Assembly: GCA_026770705.1 (NCBI GenBank)
Contig: JANJGN010000010.1
Span: forward strand, 23,808,001 to 23,872,000
Direction: 5' to 3'
Source of the DNA: Isurus oxyrinchus
Lineage: Eukaryota
DNA: 64,000 nucleotides
Part shown: positions 22,876 through 35,615 of the stretch, one piece after another
Position numbering within the stretch: the stretch's first letter is position 1
Layout: every line of letters begins with the position of its first letter
Program-made: the position numbers and the translations under genes
The notes under the pieces: generated by a model
Databases searched by the model: none
What the model was told of the DNA's origin: nothing
Seen by the model: the letters and a program-made list of their open reading frames with translations, nothing else

Positions 22876-23839
22876 AATATTTAGGCATGAGGTAGCTGAG
22901 GTTTGTGTTGAGCTTCTATTGACTGTTGGGTACCAATTAATGAGGTGTTTGGAGAGCCACCAACCATTGAAGATATGTACTCTTGCTTTATTACCTTAGA
23001 TAAACTGCTCAATGCATTCACTGCTGATTTAAAATTAAAGTTCACTTTTGCATAATTGTCAGTGCAGTTTGATTTCTGTTTAACAGTGTGTCGAGTGAAC
23101 TTTATGGAGTACAGATATTATGCTAGATGGGATGGTATCTTTTTGAAGCATGAAGCCCCACTGCTATTAATCTGCAGTAGGAAAGATCAGTGCATACTCC
23201 GGTAGAATTTATGCTGCAGTTTTTAAGTTAATATGTGCTGTGCAAGAATTTTAAAGTAAAATGTAAGATAGAAATGAACAAATTCTCTTCAGGCTTTTCT
23301 TGTTTGGTTAACTGCGGGATGGTTTTTTTTCTCTTGTACTCTGTTCTATGAAGCAGTATTGTGCAGTGTGCATTCTACATTTGAGTGTAAATGTAAATGT
23401 GCTACTGCAATAACAATGCAGAACTGATGTCCTTTTTGCTTTTGAATGGTTGTATGAAAAACTTGTGTATGTGGTAAATTCATATTCCTAAAGCAGCCAT
23501 CTGATTCATCAATCTGGTGGTATCCCAATGCCTATGTACTGCATAACAGTGCATTTGTTAAGATTTACTGTTGGTGCAAAGCAGTTGCAGCTTTTGGCCG
23601 ATGCTAAACTTTTTGAATGTATATTGCTTTTGAAAGTCACATTCTTTATCAGGGTCTTGCCCTGCTTTGTTCTAATGTCAGATCCAGCCATGATTCAGAG
23701 TACATTTATGCTTTAACAGCAGTTTTGGAATGAAAGAAAACGTCATTTATACCAACACATCTGGCTCCCTTCTGCAGCAGTAGAATCATAAACTGGATTT
23801 CAGTTCTGTTACCCGAATAAGGCCTTGGATTTAGTATAA

Positions 23840-24957
23840 AAGTGTATACACTTGCAACGTGTATGAGACAACCCCATTTTCCCGCCCCCAAAAATCATGT
23901 TTTTGCATTGATTCAGCACAGAAGGCTATCCTCCTATTTTCAGCCATGGTGTGTTGTACTCTCCTTAGTAATCGGCCTCAATTTTTAACCCCACAAATGC
24001 CTGTTTCACTTACTGGTACCTTATAACTGGATCAAGTAGGCAATAGGGACTGTGTTGTGAAGATGCATGGGAGTTTAAGACACACCTACACAGCAAACAA
24101 CAAAGAGAAATGAGCCTTCCAACAAAACAAATGAAGTATGAAGATGGTTTTAAGCAAAAGTCGTAATATTTTCTAACTTGTCAGATAACTGCTGCAGTGA
24201 GGGATTTCGGTGTTAGTGAAATTCAGTGGTGGGCGAATGGAAGAAGAAGGAATCTGTCCTGTGAAGGTGCCCAAGACCAAATATGTCATGAGAAAAGGGA
24301 CCAGACACAGGCCTGATCTTAGAAGCATGTATTGGAATGGGTCCTCAAATAGTCAGAACGGTTGCATTGTCATCAGAAATGCAATGCACACATACACTCT
24401 TAAATGGACCAAATCAAACCGAGTCCAGCAAAGTTTTCAGAGAAACGGCTAGTTGGTGTAGCTGTTTTATGGATCAAAAATGTCTAATATTGCAGCAGGA
24501 GTCCAATAATTGCTCAGTGATAACCAAGAATCTTCAATGCCAATGACTAGTTTCCAGCAGCTCTTCATCAGACAGCGACAAAAACATTGTCACATCGGCA
24601 ACTTGGATGAAATGCCAACGGATTTTGATATGCCCAGAGGGCCGGACTGTGGAGTGGAAAGGTTCAAAAACAGTTCTAGTGAAAGCCACGGCACATAGAA
24701 GACAGCATTCACGGTGGCACTTGCCTGCATGACCGATGGAAATAAGTTAAAGCTTATGGTAATTTTCAAATGTAAAACCATGCCAAAATTCAAGTTCCCT
24801 GAAAGAGATTTTGTGCATGTCCGTGACAACAGTTGGATGAATGAGGATGGAGTGACGTAGATCGATAATGTGTGGAATAGGCGTCCCAGTGGCCTACGTA
24901 AAGAATGCAGTTTGAGCATGGGACATATTCAGATCCCATTTAACAAGGTCAGCGTAT
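23840..24957 (+). mobile_element. Decayed pogo/Tigger-family DNA transposon (DDE transposase pseudogene)
   Basis: MKYEDGFKQKV (Brinker-like DBD), HIGNLDEMPTDFDMP, FTVALACMTDGNKLKLMVIFK, SWMNE and VWNRRP in broken frames. Confidence 0.8.
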
Positions 24958-25950
24958 AAGCAAGTGGCAGATGGCCCTAGTGGGGGTGGGGTGGGGGGAA
25001 GGGATCGAAATGGGCTAAAAGGTGGAGATAAAACAATAGATCAAAATAAATTTAAAAATAGGTGCAGAAGGTGCAACACCTGCTTTATCCCCCCACCCCT
25101 CCTCACCGTCCAAGTGCCCAAACACTCCTTTCAAGTGAAGTAGCACTTCACTTGCACTTCCCTCAATTTAGTCCACTGCATTCGCTGTTCCCAATGCGGT
25201 CTCTTCTACATTGGAGAGACCAAACGCAGACTGGGTGACCGCTTTGCGGAACACCTTCAGTCTGTCTGCCAGCATGATCCAGACCTTCCTGTCACTTGCC
25301 ATTTCAACACACCACCCTGCTTTCATGCCCACATGTCGGTCCTTGGCCTGCTGCAATGTTCCAGTGAAGCTCAACGCAAACTGGAGGAACAGCACTTCAT
25401 CTTCTGACTAGGCACTTTACAGCCTTCTGGACTTAATATTGAGTTCAACAATTTCAGATCATGAACTCTCTCCTCCATCCCCACCCCCTATCCGATTTCA
25501 CCCCCCCCCCAAATAATTTATAATTTAAAAAAAAGTTTTCTTTTCCCACTTATTTTTAAATTTATTTCGATCTGTTGTTCTATCTCCACCTTTAGCTCAT
25601 TTCAATCCCTCCCCCCACCCCCACTAGGGCCATCTGCCACTTGCTTGTCCTGCTTGCTACCCTTAATGTCCCCATTAGCACGTTCCTTAAATAATATCAC
25701 CACCGTCAACACCCTTTTGTCCTTTTGTCTATGACATCTTTGGCAATTTCTTCTTTGCCTGCACCTATCACTGGCCCTCTATCCAGCTTTACCTGTCCCA
25801 CCCCCCTCTACCAGCTTATATTTCACCTCATTTCTCTATTTCCTTAGTTCTGATGAAGAGTCATATGGACTCTAAACGTCAAATGTGTTCCTCTCCGCAG
25901 ATGCTGTCAGACCTGCTGAGTTTTTCCAGCTATTTTTGTTTTTGTTTCAA
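24958..25950 (+). mobile_element. Short Penelope copy (GIY-YIG end + 3' repeat) with a 5' inverted segment
   Basis: VHCIRCSQCGLFYIGETKRRLGDRFAEHL on the plus strand; 24958-25062 is an inverted copy of ~25545-25650. Confidence 0.9.
25846..25884 (+). ncRNA. Hammerhead motif, sense to the host gene, G12 mutated
   Basis: AGUU-CUGAUGA-A-GAGUC(AUAUG)GACUC-UAAA-CGUC-AAAU; GAAA>UAAA, so likely inactive. Confidence 0.6.
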
Positions 25951-26019
25951 CTTTTAGTATGTTGTGTTAACATTTGCATGCTTCAGCAGCACTTATGCAC
26001 CACAGTAAACCTGTTTTTA

Positions 26020-26220
26020 AAAAGAGAAAATGCTGGAAATGTTATACTCGGGTCAGGCAGCGCCTGTGGAGACAGTGAGTTAAGGTTGCAATTCTGTTGG
26101 AAGGTCATTGGCCTAAGCCATTAGTTCTATTTCTCAACAGATGCTGCCAGACCTGCTGATAATTTCCAATGTTTTCTCTTTTTATTTTAGTTTTCCAGCA
26201 TCCACAACATTTTATATTTA
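26020..26220. mobile_element. Penelope-derived fold-back mini-element (degenerate)
   Basis: AAATGCTGGAAAT...GGTCAGGCAGC left arm; CAGATGCTGCCAGACCTGCTGA...TTCCAGCATCC right arm. Confidence 0.75.
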
Positions 26221-27443
26221 AAAACTGTTTTATATTGTACTTTTAAAAGGGATTTTAACATTGCATTTTAGGAAAAGCATTTTGGATTGCACCTTCAGGA
26301 TTATTATTGGAAAGCCCTGGTAATTTTTAAAGAGAGTTAGCTAATGCAGCAGTGAAAAAGTGGAGAAATGGTTGGATGCAGGAGAAAGGGAAACCCAATA
26401 TTATAACTGGGTGACCGCAGAAGTCAAATAATAGTTTTAAATTATGGATTAGTTGGACAGGTAGGATTTCCTGCATGTTGTTGGGTATGGGGTGGGGGCG
26501 GGAGGAAGAGAGAATCTGAAGTCTGTAGGAAGAAAAGGCAGCTTGGGTATGTAACAGGCAGCCTGTTCAGTACCCACAGTTATCTGCCCCTGCTGAGATT
26601 GAAAGTTAACCCCATTTGTGAACAATAAGGCATTGATTTGTTTGAAATGATTTTGTATATTGATTTTTACTGCAAACATGCTCAGCTGCTTGCATTGCAT
26701 CTGAAAAAATTCTCAAGGTATTTGAAGTGTGAAGTGAGTTAAGCGCAGAGCTGATTCTTGATAGTAAAAGTCTTTCTTTGTTGAAAAGTCAGAGAATCTG
26801 TTTACTCTGTGGATTGGATTTGATTTGGATAATGCTGATTCAGGCTAAATCATTGGTAACTATTTTTCTGTTCCATTTCAAAGTACCTTGCCTTATAGAT
26901 ATTATGTTAGTGCCACCGATGATGAAGCAAACTTGCCAGATTCCCTGTAACCAGGAGGATCGAGTTTTAAAAAAAAACAGTTGAGCCGGCGGCATTAATA
27001 CAACTCTTAGCCTAATAGGAAAGCAGCCTTACTTTGTCACTAATTTGAATATATATCCCTGATAGGAAAAATGCATCTGTTTGCATCGTATTTGGTTGAA
27101 TCTTAAAACCAATTTCATACCAAGTTTGCAAACTGGGCTTTCTTCACTTAAAATGTTTAATGATACAAATTAGCACCAGTTAGTACAGTTTGAACTAGAA
27201 AACATTTCAAATCAAAAGCAATTTAAATTGATTGTAATATGCAATCAATTTAGGGGGAGATGATGTTTTGAGATTTAGATTGGTTTAATTTTCCACAATA
27301 GAAAATGTGGAACAAAAAAATTACATTTTTCTCCAGTCAGCTGTTGCTCAGATCTGCAGTTCCATTACCCTTCTCTGCAGGGGAGAGGGGGAGATCAGGA
27401 GAGATGGCTGTTGCTGGCAGTGTGCCAGCGATGGTGAATCCCT

Positions 27444-27599
27444 TTACAGGCCCAGCTTGGTCCTTCTCCAGTGTCTCCTCTTGGAGTTGTATCTGATCTT
27501 GTTGCCAGTTTTCATGTGGATCCACTGCGGAGTTGGTCGGTTTTGCTTCTTCATCTTGGTGAGGAATTGCTTGATCCTGAAGGTTTTGTGGGATAGCAT
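27444..27599 (-). pseudogene. rpl39: Processed (intronless) copy of 60S ribosomal protein L39, full 51-codon frame open
   Basis: [51 protein letters not shown] versus canonical [51 protein letters not shown]. No introns; ATTAAA on the minus strand at 27284-27289. Confidence 0.93.
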
Positions 27600-27627
27600 G
27601 CCTAACCTCCACTCCAGCTGCCTCAAC

Positions 27628-28022
27628 GGTGACGTAGTGGTAATATCACTGGGCCAGTAATCCAAAGGCCCAGGCTAATGCACTGGGGGCAAGGGTTCAA
27701 ATCAAGGGTTCCACCACAGCAGCTGGTGGAATTTGAATTTAATTAATATAATCTGAAATTGAAAGCTAACCACAGTAATGATGACCATGAAACTATAACC
27801 GATTGTCGTAAAAAAACCATCTGATTCACTAATGCTCTTTAGGGATGTAAATCTGCCATCCTTACTGGGCCTGGCCTACATCTGACTCCAGACCCACTGC
27901 AATACGATTGACTCTAAACTGCCCTCTGAATGGCCCAGCAAGCCACTCAGCTCAAAAGATGGGCAACATGCTGGCCTTGTCAGCAACGCCCACCCCCACA
28001 TCTCATGAAAGAATTAAAAAAA
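27628..28022 (+). mobile_element. tRNA-derived SINE (family with LINE-B 3' tail)
   Basis: GGTGACGTAGTGG...GGTTCAAATC head; body and tail match 8571-8970. Confidence 0.85.
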
Positions 28023-28714
28023 TGAAGTCTGTGTTACTAGTGTAGTAGGCATGAAGTCAGGGTTTTTAAAATCTGTCTCCTGTCTTGGATTATAAATTGA
28101 CCCAAATTTTGTTCCCTATATGTTCTATAAAGTTGGAATTTTATTGTTCTCCTTATTGCGCTGTCTTTCATTAGAAAGAGTTATTGAATAGTTAGGCTTG
28201 TGATGCAAGAATAGTTTTGTACTCAAAAGAAAGATCAAATATTGTTGGTCTCCTGGCAAACGAAACCATTGGAAATCCTTGTCTTTTTCAGGAAAATGAT
28301 TTGTCAAACTAGTGTAATTTGGCTGAGGGTAGTGGTTTTGTGTCAGTTAATTTTGAGATCTCTCCATTTTGTGTCACATATTTAGAGCATCTTTTCACCA
28401 GTATTATTTGTAAGATACTGGAACAGGTTCATTCTCAAACTTATTTCTCCCTCAAGGTTTGATGGGGGATCTGAATGACTTCTCAAAGCCTTCTGTTATA
28501 TTCAAGTCGACAGCTGGTATTTCTACAATTGTGCAAATGGCAGGAATAAATCTGGTTCCATGATGTTTAACACTATTTTCTCTTGCACAGGTTCTTTTTG
28601 ATACAGCACTAATGGAATATTTAGAGTTGGGAGATGCCTAGCAGTAAAAAAAAAATGGAGAATGCACCTTATCACATCTGACTCACTTCATGAACCAAGT
28701 TTTAATTTTTAAAA

Positions 28715-30990
28715 TTTATCCTTTGGGATGTGGGCATTGCCAGCTAGATGAGCATTTATTGCTCATCTCTCATTGTCCTTGTGGTGATCTTGAATCACGT
28801 TCTTGAACTGCTGCAGTTCATGTGATGCAGCTATACCCACTGCTGTAACGAAGGGTGTTCCAGGATTTTGACCTAGTGACAGTGAAGGAACAATGATATA
28901 CTTCCAAGTCAGAATGCAGCGTGGCTTGGAGGGGGACTTGCAGGTGGTGGTGTTCCCATGGATTCGGTGTCCTGCCTTTCTAGGTGGTAGAGGCCACAGG
29001 TTTGGAAGGTGCTGTTGAAGGAGCTTTGGTAAGTTGCTGCAATGCATCTTGTCAGTGGCACACAGTTGCCACTGTGTGCATTGATGGTGGAGGGATTGAA
29101 TGCGTAAGGTGTTGGACTACTTTGTCCTGGGTGTTGTTGAGCTTCTTGAGTGTTGGAGCTGCACTCATGCAGGCAAGTGGAAAGTATTCCATCACACTCC
29201 TAACTTGTGCCTTGTAGATGGTGGACAAGCTTTGGGGATTCAGAAGGTGCCGCAGGATTCCCAGCCTCTGACCTGCTCTTGTGGTCACAGTATTTATATG
29301 GCTGGTCCAGTCCAGTTTCTGGTCAATGGTAACCCCCAGGATGTTGTTGAGGATTTAGCAGTAGTAAAGCCATTGAATGTTAAGGGGAGATGATTAGATA
29401 ATCTCTTGGAAATAGTCATTGCCTGGCACTTGTGTGGCGTAAACGTTACTTGTCACTTATCAGCCTGAACCTGAATGTTGTCTGGGTCTTGCTGCATATT
29501 GGCATTGGGTGCTTAAGTACCTGAGGAGCCTGGAATTGTGCTAAATATTTTGCAACCATCAGCAAACAACCCAATGTCAGACCTTACGATGGAAGGAAAG
29601 TCATTGACAAAGCAGCTGAAGATGGTTGGCCTCAGGACACTACCATGATGGATTCCTGCGCTGATGTTCTGGGACAACCACAACTATCTTCCTTTGTGCT
29701 AGGTATGACTCCAACCAGTAGATAATCTCCCCCTCCCCGATTCCCATTGACTTCAGGTTTAAGGCTCCTTGATGCCACACTTGGTCCTTGATGTCAAGGA
29801 CAGCTACTCTCACCTCACCTCTGGAGTTCAGCTCTTTTGTTCATGTTTGGACTTAGGCTATAATGAGGTCTGGAGCTGAATGTCCCTGGTGGAGTCCAAA
29901 CTGAATGTCAGAGCAGGTCATTGTTGAGTAAGTACCCCCTGATAGCACTGTCGACAATTCCTTCTATCACTTTGACCAAGAGTAGACTGATGTAGCAGTA
30001 ATTTGCTGGGCTGGATTTGTCCTGCTTTTGTGGATAGGAGATACCTGGGCAATTTTCCACATTGCTGGGTAGGTGGCATGTTGTAGCCACACTAGAACAG
30101 CGTGGCTTGGGGCATGGCTAGTTCTGGAGCTCAAGTCTTCAGCACTGAGGCTGGAATGTTGTCGGGGCCCATAAGTTTGCAGTATTCAGTGCCACCTTGA
30201 TAACACATGGAGTGAATCAAATTGGCTGAAAACTGGCATCAATGATGCTGGGGACTTCAGGAAGTGTCCAAGTTCATCATACAGTCAGCACTTTTGGCTG
30301 AAGATAGCTGTAAATGCCTAAGCCTTGTCTTTTGCACTGATATGCTGGGCTCCTACATTGAGGGTGGAATATTTGTGGAGCCACCTCCCCCAGTTGGTTG
30401 TTTAATTGTCCAGTGCTATTCATGACTGGATGTGGCAGGACTGCAGAGCTTGGGTCTGATCTGTTGGTTGTGGGATAGCTTAGCTCTGTCAATTGCATGC
30501 TGCTTTTCCTGCTTGTCAAGCAGGTAGTCCTGTGTTGTACCTTCACCAGGCTGATACCTCATTTTTAGATAAAAGCAAAATACTGCCGATACTGGAAATC
30601 TGAAACAAAAACAGAAAATGCTGGTAAAACTCAGCAGGTCTAGCAGCATCTGAGGAGAGAGAAACTGGTTAACGTTTCAAGTCCGTATGACCCTTCTGAA
30701 GGGCCATACGGACTCGAAACATTGACTCTGTTTCTCTCTCCACAGATGCTGCTAGATCTGCTGAGTTTTTGCAGCATTTTCTGTTTCTGTACCTCGTTTT
30801 TAGGTATGCTTGGTGCTGCTCCTGGCATGCCCTCCTGCACTCTTCTATGAACCGGGGTTGATCCCCCCCCTCCCCCTTGATGGCAATGGTAAAGTGAGGG
30901 ATATGCCAGGTCATGAGGTTACAGATGGTGTTTGAAAACAACTCTACTGTTGCTGATGGCCCACAGTGCCTCAAGGATCCCTAGTTTTGA
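28715..30990 (-). mobile_element. LINE-B copy (~2 kb, decayed RT), interrupted by a Penelope mini-element
   Basis: IYKAQVRSVMEYFPLA, KQDKSSPANY and WHIPHFTIAIK...QPRF; same 3' tail as the 9100 copy. Confidence 0.88.
30569..30789. mobile_element. Fold-back mini-element with ~14 bp TSD
   Basis: TACCTCATTTTTAG (30555-30568) / TACCTCGTTTTTAG (30790-30803); arms mirror around ~30697. Confidence 0.9.
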
Positions 30991-31467
30991 GTTGCTTGTA
31001 GTGTGCTTTTTTTTAGACTCACCAAGTGAGTTCCTGATCTGGGTGGTCCTGTCTCTCTCTGGTGAAGCGAGTGATGAACATGCCATAGGCTCACATTGGG
31101 TTAGATTGCAGGGTTGTAGCACATTATCTGAGCCAATTTTTAAAACGTTACATGTTGATTGGCACTAGTGCAATACAGCTTGCAACTTCATATTTTTTAA
31201 TTGACACTATGCCTGAGTCAGAAGTACAACACTAGTAGCAATTCCATTGCTACCAAGTAAATCATTTACCTCTTTAAGCACCCCTTTTCTCTCAATCCCC
31301 TAAATTCATAGTAATAGTGAAACTTCACATTTCATGAGATAATCAGAAGTTTGGAAGAAAATATTAATCGCTTGATCTCTCAGCATGAGAACTTCACGAT
31401 TGCATATCTTAATGCCACGTGGTGACTATAGCTGCTGTGCCATCTGGGGTTGCTGTAGATGCAGTAT

Positions 31468-31830
31468 ATAGGAAGTAGGAGCAGAAGTGGCCCATTTGTC
31501 CCCTCGAGCCTGCTCTGCCATTCAACTAGATCATGGCTGATCTTCTACTTCAACACCATTTTCCTGCACTATCCCCATATCCCTTGTTGTCTTTAATATC
31601 TAGAAATCTGTTGACCTGTCTTGAACATACACAATATGTGAGCCTCCACAACCCACTGGGATAGAGAATTCCAAAAAATCACCCTCTGAGTGAAAAAATT
31701 CCTCCTCATCTCAGTCCTAAATGGCCTATTTATCTTGAGACACTGTTCCCGGTTCTAGACCCGTGCAACCAGGAGAAACATCTGTCCTGGATCTACCCTG
31801 TCCAGCCCTGTGAGGATTTTTGTATGTTTA
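31468..31830 (-). mobile_element. CR1 LINE 3' end
   Basis: Near-identical to the 5790-6170 CR1 tail. Confidence 0.88.
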
Positions 31831-32799
31831 GTTTGAAGGGCTTTTGTTAAACTTTTTAACTTTAAAATAAGCCACTGAAACTTTGGATTTGTGCTGCTTT
31901 GCGGTAAGTGAGGCCAGTAGCTTTCCAAGTTGTAAACTTTGGAGATCTGTAGCTGCATAGATGTGGCTTAGTGATTTTAATTTCTTGTATTATAATTTAA
32001 GCTAAGCCATTTTTAATTTTTTAAGGGACAAAAGGCAAATTACGATGCAAAGTATTGCCTTGAAGCTGACCTGCTTTTGCAAAAAATAATTTTGGTCAGC
32101 ACATTTTAGCCCCTTCCCTGTTTACAGATGTCACCAGTTTTTCCAGTTATTGCCCTCCATGTCAAACATGAAAGATATTTACTGAAGATGAGGCTTTTCC
32201 TCATTGTTGAGTAAACATGGTTAGCTACTGTCATTAGCACAAAAGCTGTCCACATGCATAGCTCCATCAGTGGGATTTTCCATTTGAGAATTTCACTGAC
32301 CCTTGGTTCAGATACAAACTGTTGCTAATCATATTCCTCTATGAAATTACTGATGGCATCTTTTCAACTGTTGCCATGGAAATGAGTTCTTGGGATGTAC
32401 ACTGAATAGAGAATCACAGAATTCCATTTGTAACTTAAGTTGCACTTTCACATCCTGTTCTGGAAGAGGGAAGTATGTTCATTAAGTATAGCGAATCTTT
32501 TGTCCTGGGCAATTCAGGTGCACATTCTGGAGCCTTATAGATCATATAGCCTGTGACCCTGGAAATCTAGCTAAGCACAGGCAGTTCCATTTTATTTGCA
32601 GTTGGATTTGTTTCCTAACTGATTTGAATGTGATCTAGTGATTAAGAGTTGGGCTGTTCTGTGTCTTATTGTCTCATTATTGGAAGTAGGAACACCATGT
32701 TCTCTTTAAATATTCCTGTTACTCCGCATTGTATCATTTAAATTTACAGTTGGCCCACAAAGCTCCACAATGGGTACCTAAACTGCTCACAAAGTTCTC

Positions 32800-32860
32800 C
32801 TGGATTATTAGGCCAGGCCTCTGGATTACTGCATTGCAACATAACCACTACACTATTTCC
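32800..32860 (-). mobile_element. SINE head fragment
   Basis: Reverse complement of the tRNA-like head of the 27628 SINE (GTGTAGTGGTTATG...GTAATCCAGAGGCCTGG). Confidence 0.5.
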
Positions 32861-35576
32861 ATTTTTAATTAGGGTTACAGATTGTTTTAACCTGATTTCC
32901 AAGCTCACTGCTGTCCTCCCTATCTTGTGTTTCTCCATAATTTGATAGATCAGTCCTTAAAGTTCAATGTAATAGTGTGAAACTTAGCATTTCACAAGGT
33001 ATTTATAAGTATGTAACAGGATATTATTTCAGAGTTTTCAATAAGTGAATCTTCCTGAAGGATGGCCAGATGTAGAAATCAGTTTTTCACATAATTTGGC
33101 TGTACATCAAATTCTGTTCCATGTGACTTATTATGAAAAGAGAGAATTTTAGCTGTGCAATTTAACCTATGCAGTGGCTCTCCTGAAGTTGCTTTAAGGA
33201 TTCTAAAGGAACAAAAGTCAAGTGGTATACATTTTCCCTTGGGGATGAAACATTTTTTTAACTTGCTGAACTGTAATTTTCATTTGTCCACACAAATAGT
33301 AAGAACATGTTTTGTGCAGTGCTATCCTGCATGAGAGGAATATTGTTTAGAGAAGGGAGGTTTCTATTGGGTATAAGCTGGGTCACGAAAAAGGATCAGA
33401 ATTTTGCTTTCTCAAAAATTACCATTACAATGCCAAAGGTGCAATAACACATAGAAATTTTAGGTAAATATTTTGAGTTAAGGAGAAAAACTATCTGGAC
33501 ACAGGAAGGGTAGGCTGTACTGCATTCGGTCTGTTCAAAGTGGAGACTTCCATACAAATTAATGTAGTTGCTCTGTAATGCAGATGGAGTTCAGTAGTTA
33601 AACCATGCAATTTGAACATGTCCAGTTGTGTGAGCACATCTGAAGTGGCATATCTCCATGAGTGGCGATGTGTGACAAAAATCAAGATCAAGATACCTGG
33701 TAACAGTTAACACCTTCAGATTTGAAAGAAAATGCATATGCGTATTTTCTAATACCCCTTTCATCAGTCATTTTTCCACCTTTTATGAAAGAATAATAAT
33801 TTGGGGCATTCAATATATCAATAGGAAATCATGAGGGAAGGAAATACCAAGACATTAGCAATTTAAGAACTTTGCCATAGTTTTACCAGGTGATCCTCAC
33901 AATCTTTCTTTACAAAGCCCATTGTGAGCTTCATCCTCAGCCACTTGGCTTTTGTCAGACATTGTATCTCTGTCTGTAATCAGAAGGTATTCTTTGACAT
34001 TGTAACTTAAGAGGCTCATGCCAGTCAGAAAATTGAAATATTTAAATCAATTTTCAGATTGCTCTAACAGCTTGGACATGTACATATTTACAACATACTA
34101 CAGGTAACAAAACTTGACCTTGGATTTCTCATCTTCATTGAGTTAGCATCAATCAATCTTGACGTATAGTTTCAACATTTTTATTGAACATCATAGTTCT
34201 TGTCCAGCGAATGACAGCCATTATGGCTGTTGCTGCTATCTTTTGTTGAGGCACAATTTCCTGCACTACAAGCTTGTGCACTGTTCAGCAAAAAAGGTTT
34301 GTGATCATCTTATTCTGTTGTCAAGATTGTCCTAATGCAGTTCATTGCAATGGAAATACATCAAACTTCGTTTGAAAAAATGCCTGAGACCTTCTCAGGG
34401 AGAGAAATGAGAGATCTTGAAAAATGCACTGTGTATGAACCTATGGAGCTGAAAGAAAGTATTGAGGGTTGCATAATTCTTGGAATTTCCCAAGTACCTG
34501 CTCAATTCTAAAACTTCTAATCAATGTTGAGCGAAAGGAGTACTTAGGATGATGGAAACATTACATTTCTAACTGACCCTGGGCAGTAATACCTTTTACA
34601 GATGCAGAAATAATTGAGTTCTGATGCAGCTTCATACTTGCAAGCCAATTTGGCCTGTCCAATTTGGATTTAGCAGAGGAGCCCATTCAACAGTATCTCT
34701 CAAAAGTGAGAGTGAATGCAGGGATGGAATGGAGAATCTGATGCAAGCATGGACAAGCTGTTTAAAGGGAAGTAAACTGGTGTTCACTTTTCCCCCTCTG
34801 ACGCCCTTTTTCTTCCTTCCCCCGCAAGACAATGGCAATTTCTTGATTGATAATCCTAACATTCCTTTTATTTGGCGGCGGGGGGTGGTAGTGTCTGATT
34901 GTCATTATTAAATATATTTCAAAATAAAATAATTGTGCAACAGCATGGTACCATAATGAGCAACAGGAGTGGAATTATTTTGGGTAGTCCAAGTATTGCA
35001 GTATTGATTCAATGGAGATGGTACCTAAGTATTTTGTTCTGGTTTATTTTACTCCTCAAGGTGATGGCTTTGCAAGTAATGACAGATGGACCTTTGTTGA
35101 TTTCTGATGCGATCCTGGACAGTGCATATTGTTGAGCCATAACAATTGGTCCTGTTGCACTCTTCACCAATGCCTGCACTTTAAATATATTGGACATCCA
35201 TTGGAAACCAGCAGGTAGTATAACCTAGCCCCAGGGTGCAGAGACCATGTTTAACCTGTTGTTGAGATTGACTGGCTTACTTTGCACCACACCAGAGATC
35301 GAATCTGCCCTGTACCTCCCCAATAAATTGTTTTTAAAAATTTGTTCTTGTAATGTGAGTGACCTGTTATCTGAGGACATGGGCTCAATCACGTTGTGTA
35401 GAATGAGTCACGTAGGGCACCTGGATATGTGCAACAGGTCCTTTCCTGTTGGCTATTAAACCGGTTGAGTTTCATTGCAATAAAAACAAAAAACTGTGGA
35501 TGCTGGAAATCCAAAACAAAAACAGAATTACCTGGAAAAACTCAGCAGGTCTGGCAGCATTGGCGGAGAAGAAAAG

Positions 35577-35615
35577 AGTTGACGTTTCGAGTCCTCATGA
35601 CCCTTCAACAGAACT
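35577..35615 (-). ncRNA. Minimal hammerhead motif with variant core (CUGUUGA)
   Basis: AGUU-CUGUUGA-A-GGGUC(AUGAG)GACUC-GAAA-CG-UC-AACU. Confidence 0.65.

Noticed and set aside
27305-27660. Overlapping ORFs around rpl39, including the N-terminal extension to 27665
   Set aside because: Alternative frames of the retrocopy; the extension runs into the adjacent SINE.
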